Source of the DNA: an uncultured bacterium
Lineage (GTDB): Bacteria > Oederibacteriota > Oederibacteriia > Oederibacteriales > Oederibacteriaceae
Assembly (NCBI GenBank): GCA_965112635.1
Contig: OZ218778.1
Span: 2,208,001-2,272,000, forward strand
Reading direction: 5' to 3'
Length of the DNA stretch: 64,000 bases
How positions within the stretch are numbered: position 1 is the stretch's first letter; the number at the start of each line of letters is the position of its first letter. Below the pieces are notes generated by a model. The model ran no database searches and was not told the origin of the DNA. It saw nothing but the letters and a program-made list of their open reading frames with translations. Made by a program: the position numbers and the translations under genes. Below are positions 31,069 through 40,967 of the stretch, one piece after another.

Positions 31069-31457
31069 GATTAAATAAATTGATACAACCATTCCGAGTT
31101 GATTCAACTGGAGTTGATATTTTTGATTCTTATTTAAAGGATATGGAGAGAGCTGCTGCAAGCGGTGTGTTTCTTGAAATTAGGTGGATGTCACCAAGGG
31201 AGTATTTTCAAATACTTAAAAAGGAATGGCACCCCAAATATATAAGATGGTTGTGGATGAGTTTGATGACATGGTATTGGTGTAGGCAGATTAAAAAAGA
31301 AATGCAAAAGGGCATTATGTTTAATTTGCCTTGGATAGATTATTCTCCAGATTACGGAATGCATCAGGATGGTGGTCATCGTATTAAAGCAGCTTGGCGA
31401 TTAGGAATTAAATCTATGCCAGTTTTAATCATTACTCATTCTGAAAAGTTAACCTGA
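31065..31457 (+). CDS. Small ParB/Srx-like domain protein
   Basis: QDGGHRIKAAWRLGIKSMPVLII resembles the DGxHR..A...LG...PV motif of ParB/sulfiredoxin domains; low GC. Confidence 0.55.
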   Translation: MRLNKLIQPFRVDSTGVDIFDSYLKDMERAAASGVFLEIRWMSPREYFQILKKEWHPKYIRWLWMSLMTWYWCRQIKKEMQKGIMFNLPWIDYSPDYGMHQDGGHRIKAAWRLGIKSMPVLIITHSEKLT

Positions 31458-31618
31458 ATTTGATAAAAAGGGTCGGGTTGGACTTGCAAAAAGAAATAGA
31501 CCCTAGGCAAACATTGAAAATCTCCGCATCACAAAATATCACATTTTTAAGTATTCCTTCGATCTTTCTGAAGTGGAACTTTACTGTGATAGTCTTGTCT
31601 AATTTTTCAGGAGCACGG

Positions 31619-33877
31619 ATGCGCGTAAAACTACTGGTGTTGGCAGTTTTTGTAATTACAAATGCGGCTTTGCTGCAGGCCAATATTTATACGGTGGGTC
31701 CCGGCAAAACCTATGCCAGTTTGACCGCCATGCATACCGCGGTGGGGAATTTGCAGCCCGGGGATATTGTGCAGGTCTATTATAAGGCCTCCCCGTATTT
31801 TAATGAGGCCATCAAATGGACGGAGAGCGGAACAGCCGTCAGCCCCATCACCATCGTGGGCATAGGTTCGCCAAAGCCGGTCATCGATGGGACAGGTCTT
31901 GACGTGACCGGTGCCGGGGCTGTCCCCAGGGCGCTTTTTCAGATCAACGGCAGCCATTGGGTCATAGACAATATCGAATTCCAGAACGGCTGGAACGATT
32001 CGGGCAACGGCTCCGGGCTGCGCATCACCGGCGGGGCCGACGATACGACCATCCAGAACTGCTATATCCATGACAACCAGATGGGATTGATGTGCGACTC
32101 CAACGACCACCTGCTCATCCAATACTGCGAGTTCAACTACAACGGCGCGCTGGGCAGCGGGCCTCCGCACAACATCTATATCGACACCTGCCAGAACGCG
32201 ACCATCCAGTATTGCTACATCCATGACGCGCCCAATGGGTTCAATGTGAAGAGCCGCGGTCATTTCACGGCCCTTTTATACAACTACATCGCGAATTCAG
32301 CCAACGGGGAAGTGAATTTTGTCGATGACACCACGACCACGCCGGCCAACAGCAACGCGGTCTTGATCGGCAACACCCTGGTCACTCTGGCAGGCCGTTC
32401 TGGAAATGACTGGCAGAATGTCAATTTCGGCCAGGATATCGGAGGCGCCCATAATGGGACCATGTATGTCATAAACAATACGATGGTCGCCAACGATACG
32501 CACATCGCGTTCTTAAATGCCTCTGCCGCCGGGGCCTCTATCGTGGCGACTAACAACATCATGGTAGGGAGCAACATTTTGGTCAACACCACCAACGGCC
32601 CCAATTTTCCGGCCAATGTCTCAGGTTCCTATAACTGGGTCCCTAGTACGGCCACGATACCCGGCACCTTTGCCAACAGCGTCCTGGGGGCAGCGCCCGG
32701 GTTTGTGAATCCCGGCGCTAACAATTATCACCTGCTGGCCTCTTCAGGATGCATCAATCAGGGGAAGAATCCGCCCCTTAATTATGTGGACGGCAGCGGG
32801 AACTCCCAGTCAGGGGTCCCGGTCTACGAGTATGTACAGCAGCTCACCTTCACGGCCAGGGTCAGCGACGGCGCCCTGGATATCGGCGCTTATGAATATG
32901 TGCCGAACCAAACGCCGACTTTTTCAGCGACGCCTTCTGCGACCCCCACGACGACCGCTACCAGGTCCGCAACCGCGACCACAAGCCAAACCCCGACCGC
33001 CAGCCAGACACCGACAGCCTCCAGCACGGCCACCCAGACCGCCACCTATACCATCACCCTGACCCCTTCCCAGACCCTGACTTCCAGCCAAACGTTTACT
33101 CCCAGCAATACGGCCACGATCACCAATACCTCTACCCAGACCAACACCTCTTCCCTGACCTTGACCTCGAGCCAGACCTCTACCCAAAGCCAAACCGGGA
33201 CGGCCACAACTACCTCAACCACGACCGCCACTAAGACGCAGACAGCGACCTCCACTCAGACCGGCACGGCCACCATGACCGGAACAGCTACGCTTACTTC
33301 CAGCCAAACCCTGACCTCCAGCCAGACCAGCACCGTGACCCAGACAGGAACAGCGACTAATACCCCCACGGTGACAGCCACGGCCACGCAGACCTATACA
33401 GCGACCCAGACTGCCACCATCACGCAGACTTTTACGGTCACTATGACCTCCACGGTGACCATGACCTCGACGCAGACCTATACCTCGACCCAGACCTCCA
33501 CGCCTTCGCAGACTCAGACCCCGTCCATGACCTTCACGCCTTCGTTGACTTTTACCAATACGCCGACTTTTATTACCACCCCGCCCACAATAGGCACCTC
33601 GTTTATTTACCCTTCGCCGGCAACAGGTGATTCAGCGACCATTGTTTACCTGATGCTAGGACCGGGGACTGTGAAGATACGGGTTTATAACGAAGCCGCG
33701 GAACTGGTGGCGACCATAGAAGAGCCAAGGCAGGGAGGGCCGCAGGCGAGTATTTTGGATGTCAGAAATTTTGTTTCCGGTGTTTACCTGTACATGGTCA
33801 GCATCAAATACAATTCCACATACACTTACCAGGGTTCTACCAAGATAGGGCCGAAAAAGTTTATAGTCCTTCGTTGA
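31619..33877 (+). CDS. Secreted right-handed beta-helix protein with Thr-rich linker and T9SS-CTD-like tail
   Basis: Signal peptide from the ATG at 31619, TIQNCYIHDN/HNIYI/NVKSR strands, YHL...SGCINQG...DIGAYEY, IYPSPA...IRVYN...SGVYLY...KKFIVLR. Confidence 0.85.
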   Translation: MRVKLLVLAVFVITNAALLQANIYTVGPGKTYASLTAMHTAVGNLQPGDIVQVYYKASPYFNEAIKWTESGTAVSPITIVGIGSPKPVIDGTGLDVTGAGAVPRALFQINGSHWVIDNIEFQNGWNDSGNGSGLRITGGADDTTIQNCYIHDNQMGLMCDSNDHLLIQYCEFNYNGALGSGPPHNIYIDTCQNATIQYCYIHDAPNGFNVKSRGHFTALLYNYIANSANGEVNFVDDTTTTPANSNAVLIGNTLVTLAGRSGNDWQNVNFGQDIGGAHNGTMYVINNTMVANDTHIAFLNASAAGASIVATNNIMVGSNILVNTTNGPNFPANVSGSYNWVPSTATIPGTFANSVLGAAPGFVNPGANNYHLLASSGCINQGKNPPLNYVDGSGNSQSGVPVYEYVQQLTFTARVSDGALDIGAYEYVPNQTPTFSATPSATPTTTATRSATATTSQTPTASQTPTASSTATQTATYTITLTPSQTLTSSQTFTPSNTATITNTSTQTNTSSLTLTSSQTSTQSQTGTATTTSTTTATKTQTATSTQTGTATMTGTATLTSSQTLTSSQTSTVTQTGTATNTPTVTATATQTYTATQTATITQTFTVTMTSTVTMTSTQTYTSTQTSTPSQTQTPSMTFTPSLTFTNTPTFITTPPTIGTSFIYPSPATGDSATIVYLMLGPGTVKIRVYNEAAELVATIEEPRQGGPQASILDVRNFVSGVYLYMVSIKYNSTYTYQGSTKIGPKKFIVLR

Positions 33878-33895
33878 GCGCTAAGCGATCTTCCG

Positions 33896-34486
33896 CTACT
33901 TTACGGTTTTGTGGCTGATCTTCTTGACGAGGGCTCCCTGGTTGCTGGCGACAGCGAGAATTTCCGAGGCAATTTGGTCGGCAATCTCCAGGCTCGCAAA
34001 AACAATGGCATACCTTCCCGTGATGGTCTGTCCGTCTGTGGTGGTGAATGCTGTCCGATAAACCGTCTGGGATTGGTTGTCCGGCTGGATGCCAAAACCG
34101 GGGTCGGTCACGACCGTGATGGAATTGATATAGTTCAAATCCACAAAAATGTCATGCTTGATGAGCTGGCCCGCCGAGTTGGGGTCGTTGTCCCACTCCC
34201 CAAAAGGCTGCCTGGTCGTGCTGTCCCCGCCGTTGATATCCGTGACCGAGGATTCGCCGTGCAACTGTATCCTGGCGTCGGTCACATACTCCGCGCTCTG
34301 GTTGTAGTACTGTTTGCACAGGCGATGGGTGTTGCCGAGGAAGAAATCCACCACAGCGGTAAAATTTCCATTGTCGTTTATATCGTTGACCAGCTGCTGT
34401 GCCGTGATCTCGCTATCGTCGGCCAGGGCCAGCCCCGCCAGATCAAACATGGCGGCTAATAAAATAAGTGCCATTATTTTTTTCAT
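33896..34486 (-). CDS. Hypothetical secreted protein
   Basis: GGAGG RBS, MKKIMALILLAAMFDLAGLALA signal peptide. Confidence 0.7.
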   Translation of the reverse strand: MKKIMALILLAAMFDLAGLALADDSEITAQQLVNDINDNGNFTAVVDFFLGNTHRLCKQYYNQSAEYVTDARIQLHGESSVTDINGGDSTTRQPFGEWDNDPNSAGQLIKHDIFVDLNYINSITVVTDPGFGIQPDNQSQTVYRTAFTTTDGQTITGRYAIVFASLEIADQIASEILAVASNQGALVKKISHKTVK

Positions 34487-34595
34487 CAGGGAACCTCCTT
34501 TAAATAATTTGCGGCCTTTCATTGAAATGAATTACAGATATTAAGTATATCAAAGGCAAACATCGAAGGTAGCCCTGCCCACCAATCATGAATTT

Positions 34596-35468
34596 CTAAA
34601 AAGCGAAAGTTGGGCCGATAAAGAAGAATTGGTTGGTTTCCATGGGATCTTCAAAATAATCGATCTTTAGGGAAACACCGATGTCCCTGGTCACCAGAAT
34701 ATCCAGCCGGTTGCGGGTGGTGAAATAGGCCCGCTCGCCGGGGGCCATGCGGAAATAAAATCTATGGTCCAGCCTGATGAAGCGCATGATATTCAGCTCC
34801 AATTTTGCTCCCAGGGATAGGTAATTAAGCCAAGCACCCGTATTATCCATGGTGTAACCCTCCATGCCTCCCGTGCCGGTTGCCACCATGGTCATGCCGT
34901 ACTCTTCGCTGAAATATCCCACGAAAGGGGTCAGACGCATGAAATCATTTTTGTAAGACAGTCCCAGGGTGGGGTGAAAAGCAAACACAGAGGTATTCAA
35001 AGCTATTGAATCCGTACCCATGGTCTGAGCGATATTTCCCTGGAGGACCGAGTTAGTATCCAGGTAGTCCATCGCAAAACCAAAGGCTGGCTGCCAGATC
35101 TGGTCGGCAAACATATAGTAGTTTACATAGAACATAAAACCGTTCTCTACGGTGTTGTCCAATATAGAATAGTGGCCCAAGCAGCCGATGGACAGGCTGG
35201 GATTGGCATACATCATAAAAATCCCATAGAGTGGGCCGGATAGGCTGAGATTGGATGACCCCGGGATCACCACCGTATCGCTGGTCCAGCCCATCTGCGG
35301 AGCAAATAATACAACGGAATGTTTGGGCGATCCCTGGCTCTGCGCCGCGAGGGTGACCGGACTGGGGGCGGATAACATTTCTTGGGCATAAAGGCTTAGA
35401 TGAGACATAAAAGCCAAAGTGATTAAAATGCCCAATATGAGGCATAGATAGTTTTTACTGTTAATCAT
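34596..35468 (-). CDS. Hypothetical outer-membrane beta-barrel protein
   Basis: Signal peptide, amphipathic beta-strands, terminal FFIGPTFAF. Confidence 0.65.
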   Translation of the reverse strand: MINSKNYLCLILGILITLAFMSHLSLYAQEMLSAPSPVTLAAQSQGSPKHSVVLFAPQMGWTSDTVVIPGSSNLSLSGPLYGIFMMYANPSLSIGCLGHYSILDNTVENGFMFYVNYYMFADQIWQPAFGFAMDYLDTNSVLQGNIAQTMGTDSIALNTSVFAFHPTLGLSYKNDFMRLTPFVGYFSEEYGMTMVATGTGGMEGYTMDNTGAWLNYLSLGAKLELNIMRFIRLDHRFYFRMAPGERAYFTTRNRLDILVTRDIGVSLKIDYFEDPMETNQFFFIGPTFAF

Positions 35469-35557
35469 AAAACTTCTTTCATAGCGACATTTAAATACAG
35501 GCGTAATTTTACATTTTTTTCCAGATTTTGGTAGGTGCAATAAAAATTGGTTTAAGT

Positions 35558-35585
35558 TTGACAGATATCTGAAGGGGGATAGAAT
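35558..35585 (+). promoter_or_regulatory. Putative sigma70 promoter of the GH32 gene
   Basis: TTGACA, 16-bp spacer, TAGAAT. Confidence 0.55.
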
Positions 35586-35654
35586 TGTTGCTGGGCCGTA
35601 AATTATAAAACGCACACCCTTAAAGTGAGATGTATATTGGAAAATGAAGATAAC

Positions 35655-37178
35655 ATGAGTTCAAAAATACCTGCTATGTCTCATGGCCGGGCTTTGGTCT
35701 ACCAAAAAATATTGGACGCCTCAGCCAGGGATCCCCGGCGCTATACCGAACGGTACAGGCCGCAATACCACTTCACGCCGGTGGAGGGCTGGATCAACGA
35801 CCCCAACGGCCTGGTGTTCTTCAACGGGGAATATCACCTTTTTTACCAGCACAAGCATCCCGGGCTAACAGACCCCCTGACCTGGGGAAAGCATACCGGG
35901 TTGGCAGACCAGATGCACTGGGGCCACGCGGTCAGCCCTGACCTGATCCATTGGACCCATCTGGCCCCGGCCATCGAACCGGACAGCCTGGGCGCTATCT
36001 GGTCAGGAAGCGGCGTGGTGGATCAAAAGGACTCCAGTGGATTTTTCAACGGTAAACCCGGCCTGGTCTGCCTTTATACCTATATGGACCCCCAGGAACA
36101 GGGCCGTCAATCCGGCGCATTGGCTTACAGCGCGGACGGACGGCAGTTTTTTAAGTACGAAAAAAACCCGGTCATTCCGCAGCTGCGTTACTGGCCAGGA
36201 CAGGCCGATATTGTTGATTTCCGGGATTTCAAACTGTTCTGGCACGAACCGACCCAGCGCTGGGTGACCATCGTGGCCGGCGGAAAGGTGCGGTTTTTTT
36301 CCTCGTCAAACCTCGTCGAATGGAAGTTCGAAAGCGATAATGAGGGGCTGGATACCGAGTGCCCCGACCTTTTTGAACTTAGCGTGGATGGTGACCCTGG
36401 ACAGACCAGATGGGTGCTCAATGGCGCGGGACGCTGGTATGTGGTGGGCCGTTTTGACGGGCACAAATTTCTGCCTGAGTCCGCCAAGATACCCATGAAC
36501 TTCGGCCCTGATTCCTATGCCTCCCAGACCTGGAGCCACGAGCCCCAGGGCCGCTGTTTGATGACCTCCTGGCTTTTTTATTGGAGCTATCATAATGTCT
36601 GGCCGACCAAGCCGTTCGAAGGGGGCTGCCTGACCCTGACCCATGAGCTTAAATTGAAAACTTTTCCGGAGGGCTTGCGGCTGACCCAGACGCCCATCGA
36701 GGAAATGAAAAAAATACGCGGGAAGCCAAGGCAATGGAAGAGTCAGTTGGTCAAGCCTGGTATAAATTTGCTGGAGGTTGTCCATGGCACCGCGCTGGAG
36801 ATCGTGGCGGAATTTGAACTGGGTACGGCCAAGGAGTTTGGATTTAATGTATTCAAGGGTAAGATGGAGTGTACAAAGGTAGGGTATCGCGCCGGGGAAG
36901 GCAAACTTTTTGTGGACCGCCGTGAGTCAGGCCAGATGGTGGCCCCGGATTTTGGAAAAGTATTTGAAGCGTCGCTGGCTCCTGTGGCTAACCGGATCAA
37001 AATGCATATTTTTATCGATGAGTGCACGGTCGAGATTTTCGGCAATGAGGGCAGGGAAGTCATCACCTGCCTGGTACTGCCCGCGGCCGGGAGCGATGGA
37101 CTGGAACTTTTTGCCGTGTCCGGCGAGGTGCGCCTGTGCTCCCTAGAGGTCTATCCGCTGCATAGTATTTGGCACTAA
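35655..37178 (+). CDS. Glycoside hydrolase family 32 (levanase/beta-fructofuranosidase), no signal peptide
   Basis: WINDPNG, WGHAVS.DL.HW, WSGS, FRD, ECPD. Confidence 0.95.
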   Translation: MSSKIPAMSHGRALVYQKILDASARDPRRYTERYRPQYHFTPVEGWINDPNGLVFFNGEYHLFYQHKHPGLTDPLTWGKHTGLADQMHWGHAVSPDLIHWTHLAPAIEPDSLGAIWSGSGVVDQKDSSGFFNGKPGLVCLYTYMDPQEQGRQSGALAYSADGRQFFKYEKNPVIPQLRYWPGQADIVDFRDFKLFWHEPTQRWVTIVAGGKVRFFSSSNLVEWKFESDNEGLDTECPDLFELSVDGDPGQTRWVLNGAGRWYVVGRFDGHKFLPESAKIPMNFGPDSYASQTWSHEPQGRCLMTSWLFYWSYHNVWPTKPFEGGCLTLTHELKLKTFPEGLRLTQTPIEEMKKIRGKPRQWKSQLVKPGINLLEVVHGTALEIVAEFELGTAKEFGFNVFKGKMECTKVGYRAGEGKLFVDRRESGQMVAPDFGKVFEASLAPVANRIKMHIFIDECTVEIFGNEGREVITCLVLPAAGSDGLELFAVSGEVRLCSLEVYPLHSIWH

Positions 37179-37228
37179 ATAAAAGTTATACTAGTTAATA
37201 TAGTGAGTGGATCCGAAAAAGGAGACTT

Positions 37229-37705
37229 ATGGTTCTAATAACTTATTTTACCCGCACTGAGAATAGCCGGGTGATCGCTGAAATGATCCGTCAGGCGACC
37301 GGGGGAGATATTTTTGAAATAAAGTCCGTCCAGCCCTATCCCGAGGACTATGACGCCTGCGTGAAGCAGGCGAAGAGCGAGCTCGAATCCGGCGCCCTGC
37401 CGGCTTTGCAGGGCAAAGTGGCGGAACTTAAGAAATACGATGTGGTCGTTATCGGATATCCCTGTTGGTGGAGTACTTTCCCGATGCCGGTCAAAACCTT
37501 TTTGACGGAAAACGATTTGTCCGGCAAGACCATCCTCCCGTTTTGCACGCACGAGGGCAGCGGCATGGGGAACAGCGTCGAAGACATTAAAAAGTTCTGT
37601 CCAAAAGCCAGAGTGCTGGAAGGTCTGGCCATCCGCGGGTCGAGCGTCAAATCCAGCCAAAGCAGGGTGCTGGACTGGCTCAAAGCCCTGAAAGTCATCA
37701 AGTAA
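37229..37705 (+). CDS. Flavodoxin
   Basis: YFTRTENS, IGYPCWW, PFCTHEGSG. Confidence 0.9.
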   Translation: MVLITYFTRTENSRVIAEMIRQATGGDIFEIKSVQPYPEDYDACVKQAKSELESGALPALQGKVAELKKYDVVVIGYPCWWSTFPMPVKTFLTENDLSGKTILPFCTHEGSGMGNSVEDIKKFCPKARVLEGLAIRGSSVKSSQSRVLDWLKALKVIK

Positions 37706-37726
37706 ATATAAGTGGAGGCCTAGGCA

Positions 37727-38017
37727 ATGTCAGTCTATCTGATCGTGGAAGCCACCAAGATCATCGACAAGCATAAATACGACGAGTATATCCGCAGGGC
37801 CCCGCAAACCATCCACAAATTCGCCGGAAGATACCTTGTCCGCGGGGGCCAGGTCAAGTTTTTAGCCGGAAAATGGAAGCCCGAACGCCTCATCATCATC
37901 GAGTTCCAGACCATGCAGGAGTTCGAGGGCTGGTGGAATTCGCCTGAGTACGCCGCTGTGGCGCCCTTGCGCGAGCAGGGAGCCGAGACCAACGCCATCG
38001 TGATCGAGGGCCTGTGA
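37727..38017 (+). CDS. DUF1330-family protein
   Basis: GRYLVRGG...IIEF...WWNSPEY...R. Confidence 0.9.
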   Translation: MSVYLIVEATKIIDKHKYDEYIRRAPQTIHKFAGRYLVRGGQVKFLAGKWKPERLIIIEFQTMQEFEGWWNSPEYAAVAPLREQGAETNAIVIEGL

Positions 38018-39492
38018 GCGGCGTGTTTTTGTCCAAATCAAAGTTCCTCAACGGCCTGCAGTGCCCCAAACTCCTGTGGTACGCCATCCACAAGCCCAGC
38101 GCTTTTCCGGAACCCGGCCCCGCGGTGCAGGCGGCGTTTGACCAGGGTAACCAGGTGGGCGAACTGGCCCGCACTCTTTTCCCGGGCGGGATAAAGCTGG
38201 AAAGGGAACACAATCCCCTGGCCCAGTCCAGGAAATCCCTGGAAGCCGCCAAAGCCCGCAAACCGCTTTTTGAGGCTGGTTTTGTTTTTGGCCGTGCTTA
38301 CGCCCTGGCCGATATCCTTGTCCCTGTTGCGGCCAACCGCTGGGACTTGATCGAGGTCAAAAGCTCCACGGGGGTCAGGGAAGAGCATTTGTTGGACACG
38401 GCCTATCAACGGTGGACTTACGAGGGCGCAGGGCTGTCCATCAACAACTGCTCGGTCATGTACCTGGACAGGGAATATGTGCGTGAAGAAAAGCTGGAGC
38501 CGGAAAAACTATTGGCACAGCAGGATGTGACCAGCCAAACTTTAGAGCTGGTGCCCCAGGTCATCCGGGAGGCCGCCAGGTTGCGGCAAGTGTTGGACCA
38601 AAAGCAGGCGCCGGAGATCAAAATCGGACCTCAATGCCGTACTCCCCACGAGTGCCCGCTGATGGAAATGTGCTGGGGGTTTTTACCCCAGGAAGACGGT
38701 GTTTTTTCCTTGGTCAGCGGGACCCAAAAAGCGTTCCGCTGGATGGGGCAGGGGATATTGAGCCTGGCTGGCCTGCCGGAAAAAGCCAAGCTCTCGCCAA
38801 AGCAGGCCATCCAGGTCGGATGCGTCAGAAGCAAACAGCCCTACGCGGACAAAAAAGGGATCAAAATATTCCTCGGTGGCCTGGCCTACCCGCTTTATTT
38901 CCTGGATTTTGAGACCATGGGGCTGGCTATCCCGCCCTATAGCCGGTCCAGCCCCTATGAAAATATCCCTTTCCAATACTCCTTGTTCGTGGTCAAAGAA
39001 AAAGGGGCCCGGCCGCAGGGCCACGCCTACCTGGCTCCGGGCGATATCGACCCGAGGCCGGAGATCCTCAAACAGCTCAAGTCCCTGCTGGGCGCCAAAG
39101 GCTCTATCGTCGCCTACAACGACGCTTTTGAAAAAGGCGTGCTGCGGGATTCCGCTGAAGCGTATCCGCAATACAAAAACTGGGCGGCCCGGACGAACAA
39201 GAGGATGGCGGACCTGCTGGAGCCTTTTAGGAGGTTCCTCTACTACCATCCGGCACAGCAGGGCAGCGCCTCGCTCAAGGCCGTGCTGCCGTGTCTGACC
39301 AGCCTGAGCTACGAAGGGATGGGGATCGCCAACGGTGCCGTGGCCACCAGCGACTACTGCCGGGTGACCTTTGGCCAAACCGTGGACCCCAGGGACAAAG
39401 AGGCGGTGAGGGCGAACCTGGAAAAATATTGCGACCTGGACACCGCTGGGATGATCGAAATCGTGGAAAAACTCAGGGAGCTAGCCGGTTAA
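38014..39492 (+). CDS. DUF2779-domain protein (Cas4-like PD-(D/E)xK nuclease plus RNase H-like domain)
   Basis: LSKSKF..GLQCPKLLW, ADIL, LIEVKSST, C.....CP....C, FLDFET, IPFQYS, SLKAVLP, YCDLDT. Confidence 0.88.
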   Translation: MSGVFLSKSKFLNGLQCPKLLWYAIHKPSAFPEPGPAVQAAFDQGNQVGELARTLFPGGIKLEREHNPLAQSRKSLEAAKARKPLFEAGFVFGRAYALADILVPVAANRWDLIEVKSSTGVREEHLLDTAYQRWTYEGAGLSINNCSVMYLDREYVREEKLEPEKLLAQQDVTSQTLELVPQVIREAARLRQVLDQKQAPEIKIGPQCRTPHECPLMEMCWGFLPQEDGVFSLVSGTQKAFRWMGQGILSLAGLPEKAKLSPKQAIQVGCVRSKQPYADKKGIKIFLGGLAYPLYFLDFETMGLAIPPYSRSSPYENIPFQYSLFVVKEKGARPQGHAYLAPGDIDPRPEILKQLKSLLGAKGSIVAYNDAFEKGVLRDSAEAYPQYKNWAARTNKRMADLLEPFRRFLYYHPAQQGSASLKAVLPCLTSLSYEGMGIANGAVATSDYCRVTFGQTVDPRDKEAVRANLEKYCDLDTAGMIEIVEKLRELAG

Positions 39493-39495
39493 AGT

Positions 39496-40824
39496 CTATT
39501 TCTTACCCTGCTGGGCCATCCGGTCCTTCACGAAGTAAAGGGTATCCTTGAGGCTGTAGAGCATGGGGATGTATTTGCGCGAAACACGCACCCGGTTGGT
39601 GCGCTCCTCCAAATGATCCATCCGCTCCTTAAGGTCCGGCGTCGGGGGCTTGTTCCCGAGTTTGTTGAGCTCGGATTCCAGCCAGTTGAGCTCGCCGTAG
39701 AGCAAAAATATCCTACGTTGCATTCCCCAACCGTACAAAGCGGTAAGGCCTTTGACCAGAGGGTACATCAGCCCGATGACGGGGATGAGCAGGACCACGA
39801 ATTGCTCCAAAAGGACGGCCAGCCAGAAAGGCAGGAAACGCTGCAGGAAAGGCTTGCCGGACTTGTAGTAGTGCCGTGCCTCCGGGCTCAAGGGGAACTC
39901 CAGGGAATCCGGGGCCGGGAACTCGCCGGCCTTGTGCATCAAGCCCCGGCGGCTGTGCACTTGGCTCATGACCTCCATCAAAAGGTACTGGAGGGCCGGG
40001 TGCATGTCCCCGCGCACGATGAGGCTGGTTTTGGCGGCCAGGAGGTTGAGGTCGTGCGGCGGGTCGTCTTTTTCGAGGTTAAAAACACCGGCCGGCAGGG
40101 TGACCTTGCTGAGCGAGGGAAAGAGCGCCACATAGGCATCCGCGCGGGTGAAGTTGGCCACGTCGATCCCTTCGGTACGCACCAGCTTGCGCACCACGGG
40201 CGAGGCCAGGGAACTCACGATGACCGCCGCGTCGATCTTATCCGACAAGAGGGCCTTTTCGGTCTCCTCGGGCAGGTAGCTCAAAGCCTTGAAAGAGCCG
40301 ATATCAAGCGCGTTGCGTTTCAAAAGTTGGTTGAAAAGCACTCTGGAGTTACTGCCTTCCGGGCCTATGGAGACCCGTTTGCCTTTTAATGAGAAAAGGC
40401 CGCGGTCCGTGATCGTGTGGTGGGCGAAGAACCACATGGGCTCGTAACCAATGGTGCCCAGCGATAATAGTTCTTCTGTGTCGGTTTCTTCGGAAAGGCC
40501 GCTCATGACAAAACCCGCCTGCACTCCGGAACGGGGGTCGTTCAACCGATTGAGGTTGTCCATACAGCCTTCCGTGGGGACGACGATCAGGTCAACGCCT
40601 TGCTTTTCCAGCAGGGCTTTGTAGCGCTTGCCAAAGACCTCGTAGGCGCTTCCCTCGGGGCCGCAGGCCATGATGATGGTGCGGGGAGGCAGGGGATGGA
40701 ATAAAAATATGAGCCAGATGACCGTAGCCAAGATGATCACGCTGGAGACCAGCATGGTTTTGACGCTGTGGTGGGCCAGAAAATGATGGAAACCGTGGAT
40801 ATATTTTTCTTTAAAATCGGCCAT
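39496..40824 (-). CDS. TAXI-family TRAP solute-binding-like protein with N- and C-terminal TM segments
   Basis: PPRTIIMACGPEGSAY, YEPMW, SIGPEGS, FLQRFLPFWLA. Confidence 0.85.
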   Translation of the reverse strand: MADFKEKYIHGFHHFLAHHSVKTMLVSSVIILATVIWLIFLFHPLPPRTIIMACGPEGSAYEVFGKRYKALLEKQGVDLIVVPTEGCMDNLNRLNDPRSGVQAGFVMSGLSEETDTEELLSLGTIGYEPMWFFAHHTITDRGLFSLKGKRVSIGPEGSNSRVLFNQLLKRNALDIGSFKALSYLPEETEKALLSDKIDAAVIVSSLASPVVRKLVRTEGIDVANFTRADAYVALFPSLSKVTLPAGVFNLEKDDPPHDLNLLAAKTSLIVRGDMHPALQYLLMEVMSQVHSRRGLMHKAGEFPAPDSLEFPLSPEARHYYKSGKPFLQRFLPFWLAVLLEQFVVLLIPVIGLMYPLVKGLTALYGWGMQRRIFLLYGELNWLESELNKLGNKPPTPDLKERMDHLEERTNRVRVSRKYIPMLYSLKDTLYFVKDRMAQQGKK

Positions 40825-40967
40825 GAACGACTCCTTTCAGCAAGATGACGGAAATAATTCCAAAAAGATTATAACTCAATCCGTACTGATTAAAAGTCCA
40901 TTAAATGACTTTCATCCACTTGTTTGGCCGGTACAATTGGTTTATCATCAACCCTTGAGGTGACCCG

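Noticed and set aside
34545-34585. c-di-GMP-I riboswitch-like GGCAAAC (also near 31506)
   Set aside because: The GAAA-capped stem and downstream GACGCAAAG elements are missing, and the 34.5-kb copy is not oriented toward a gene start.
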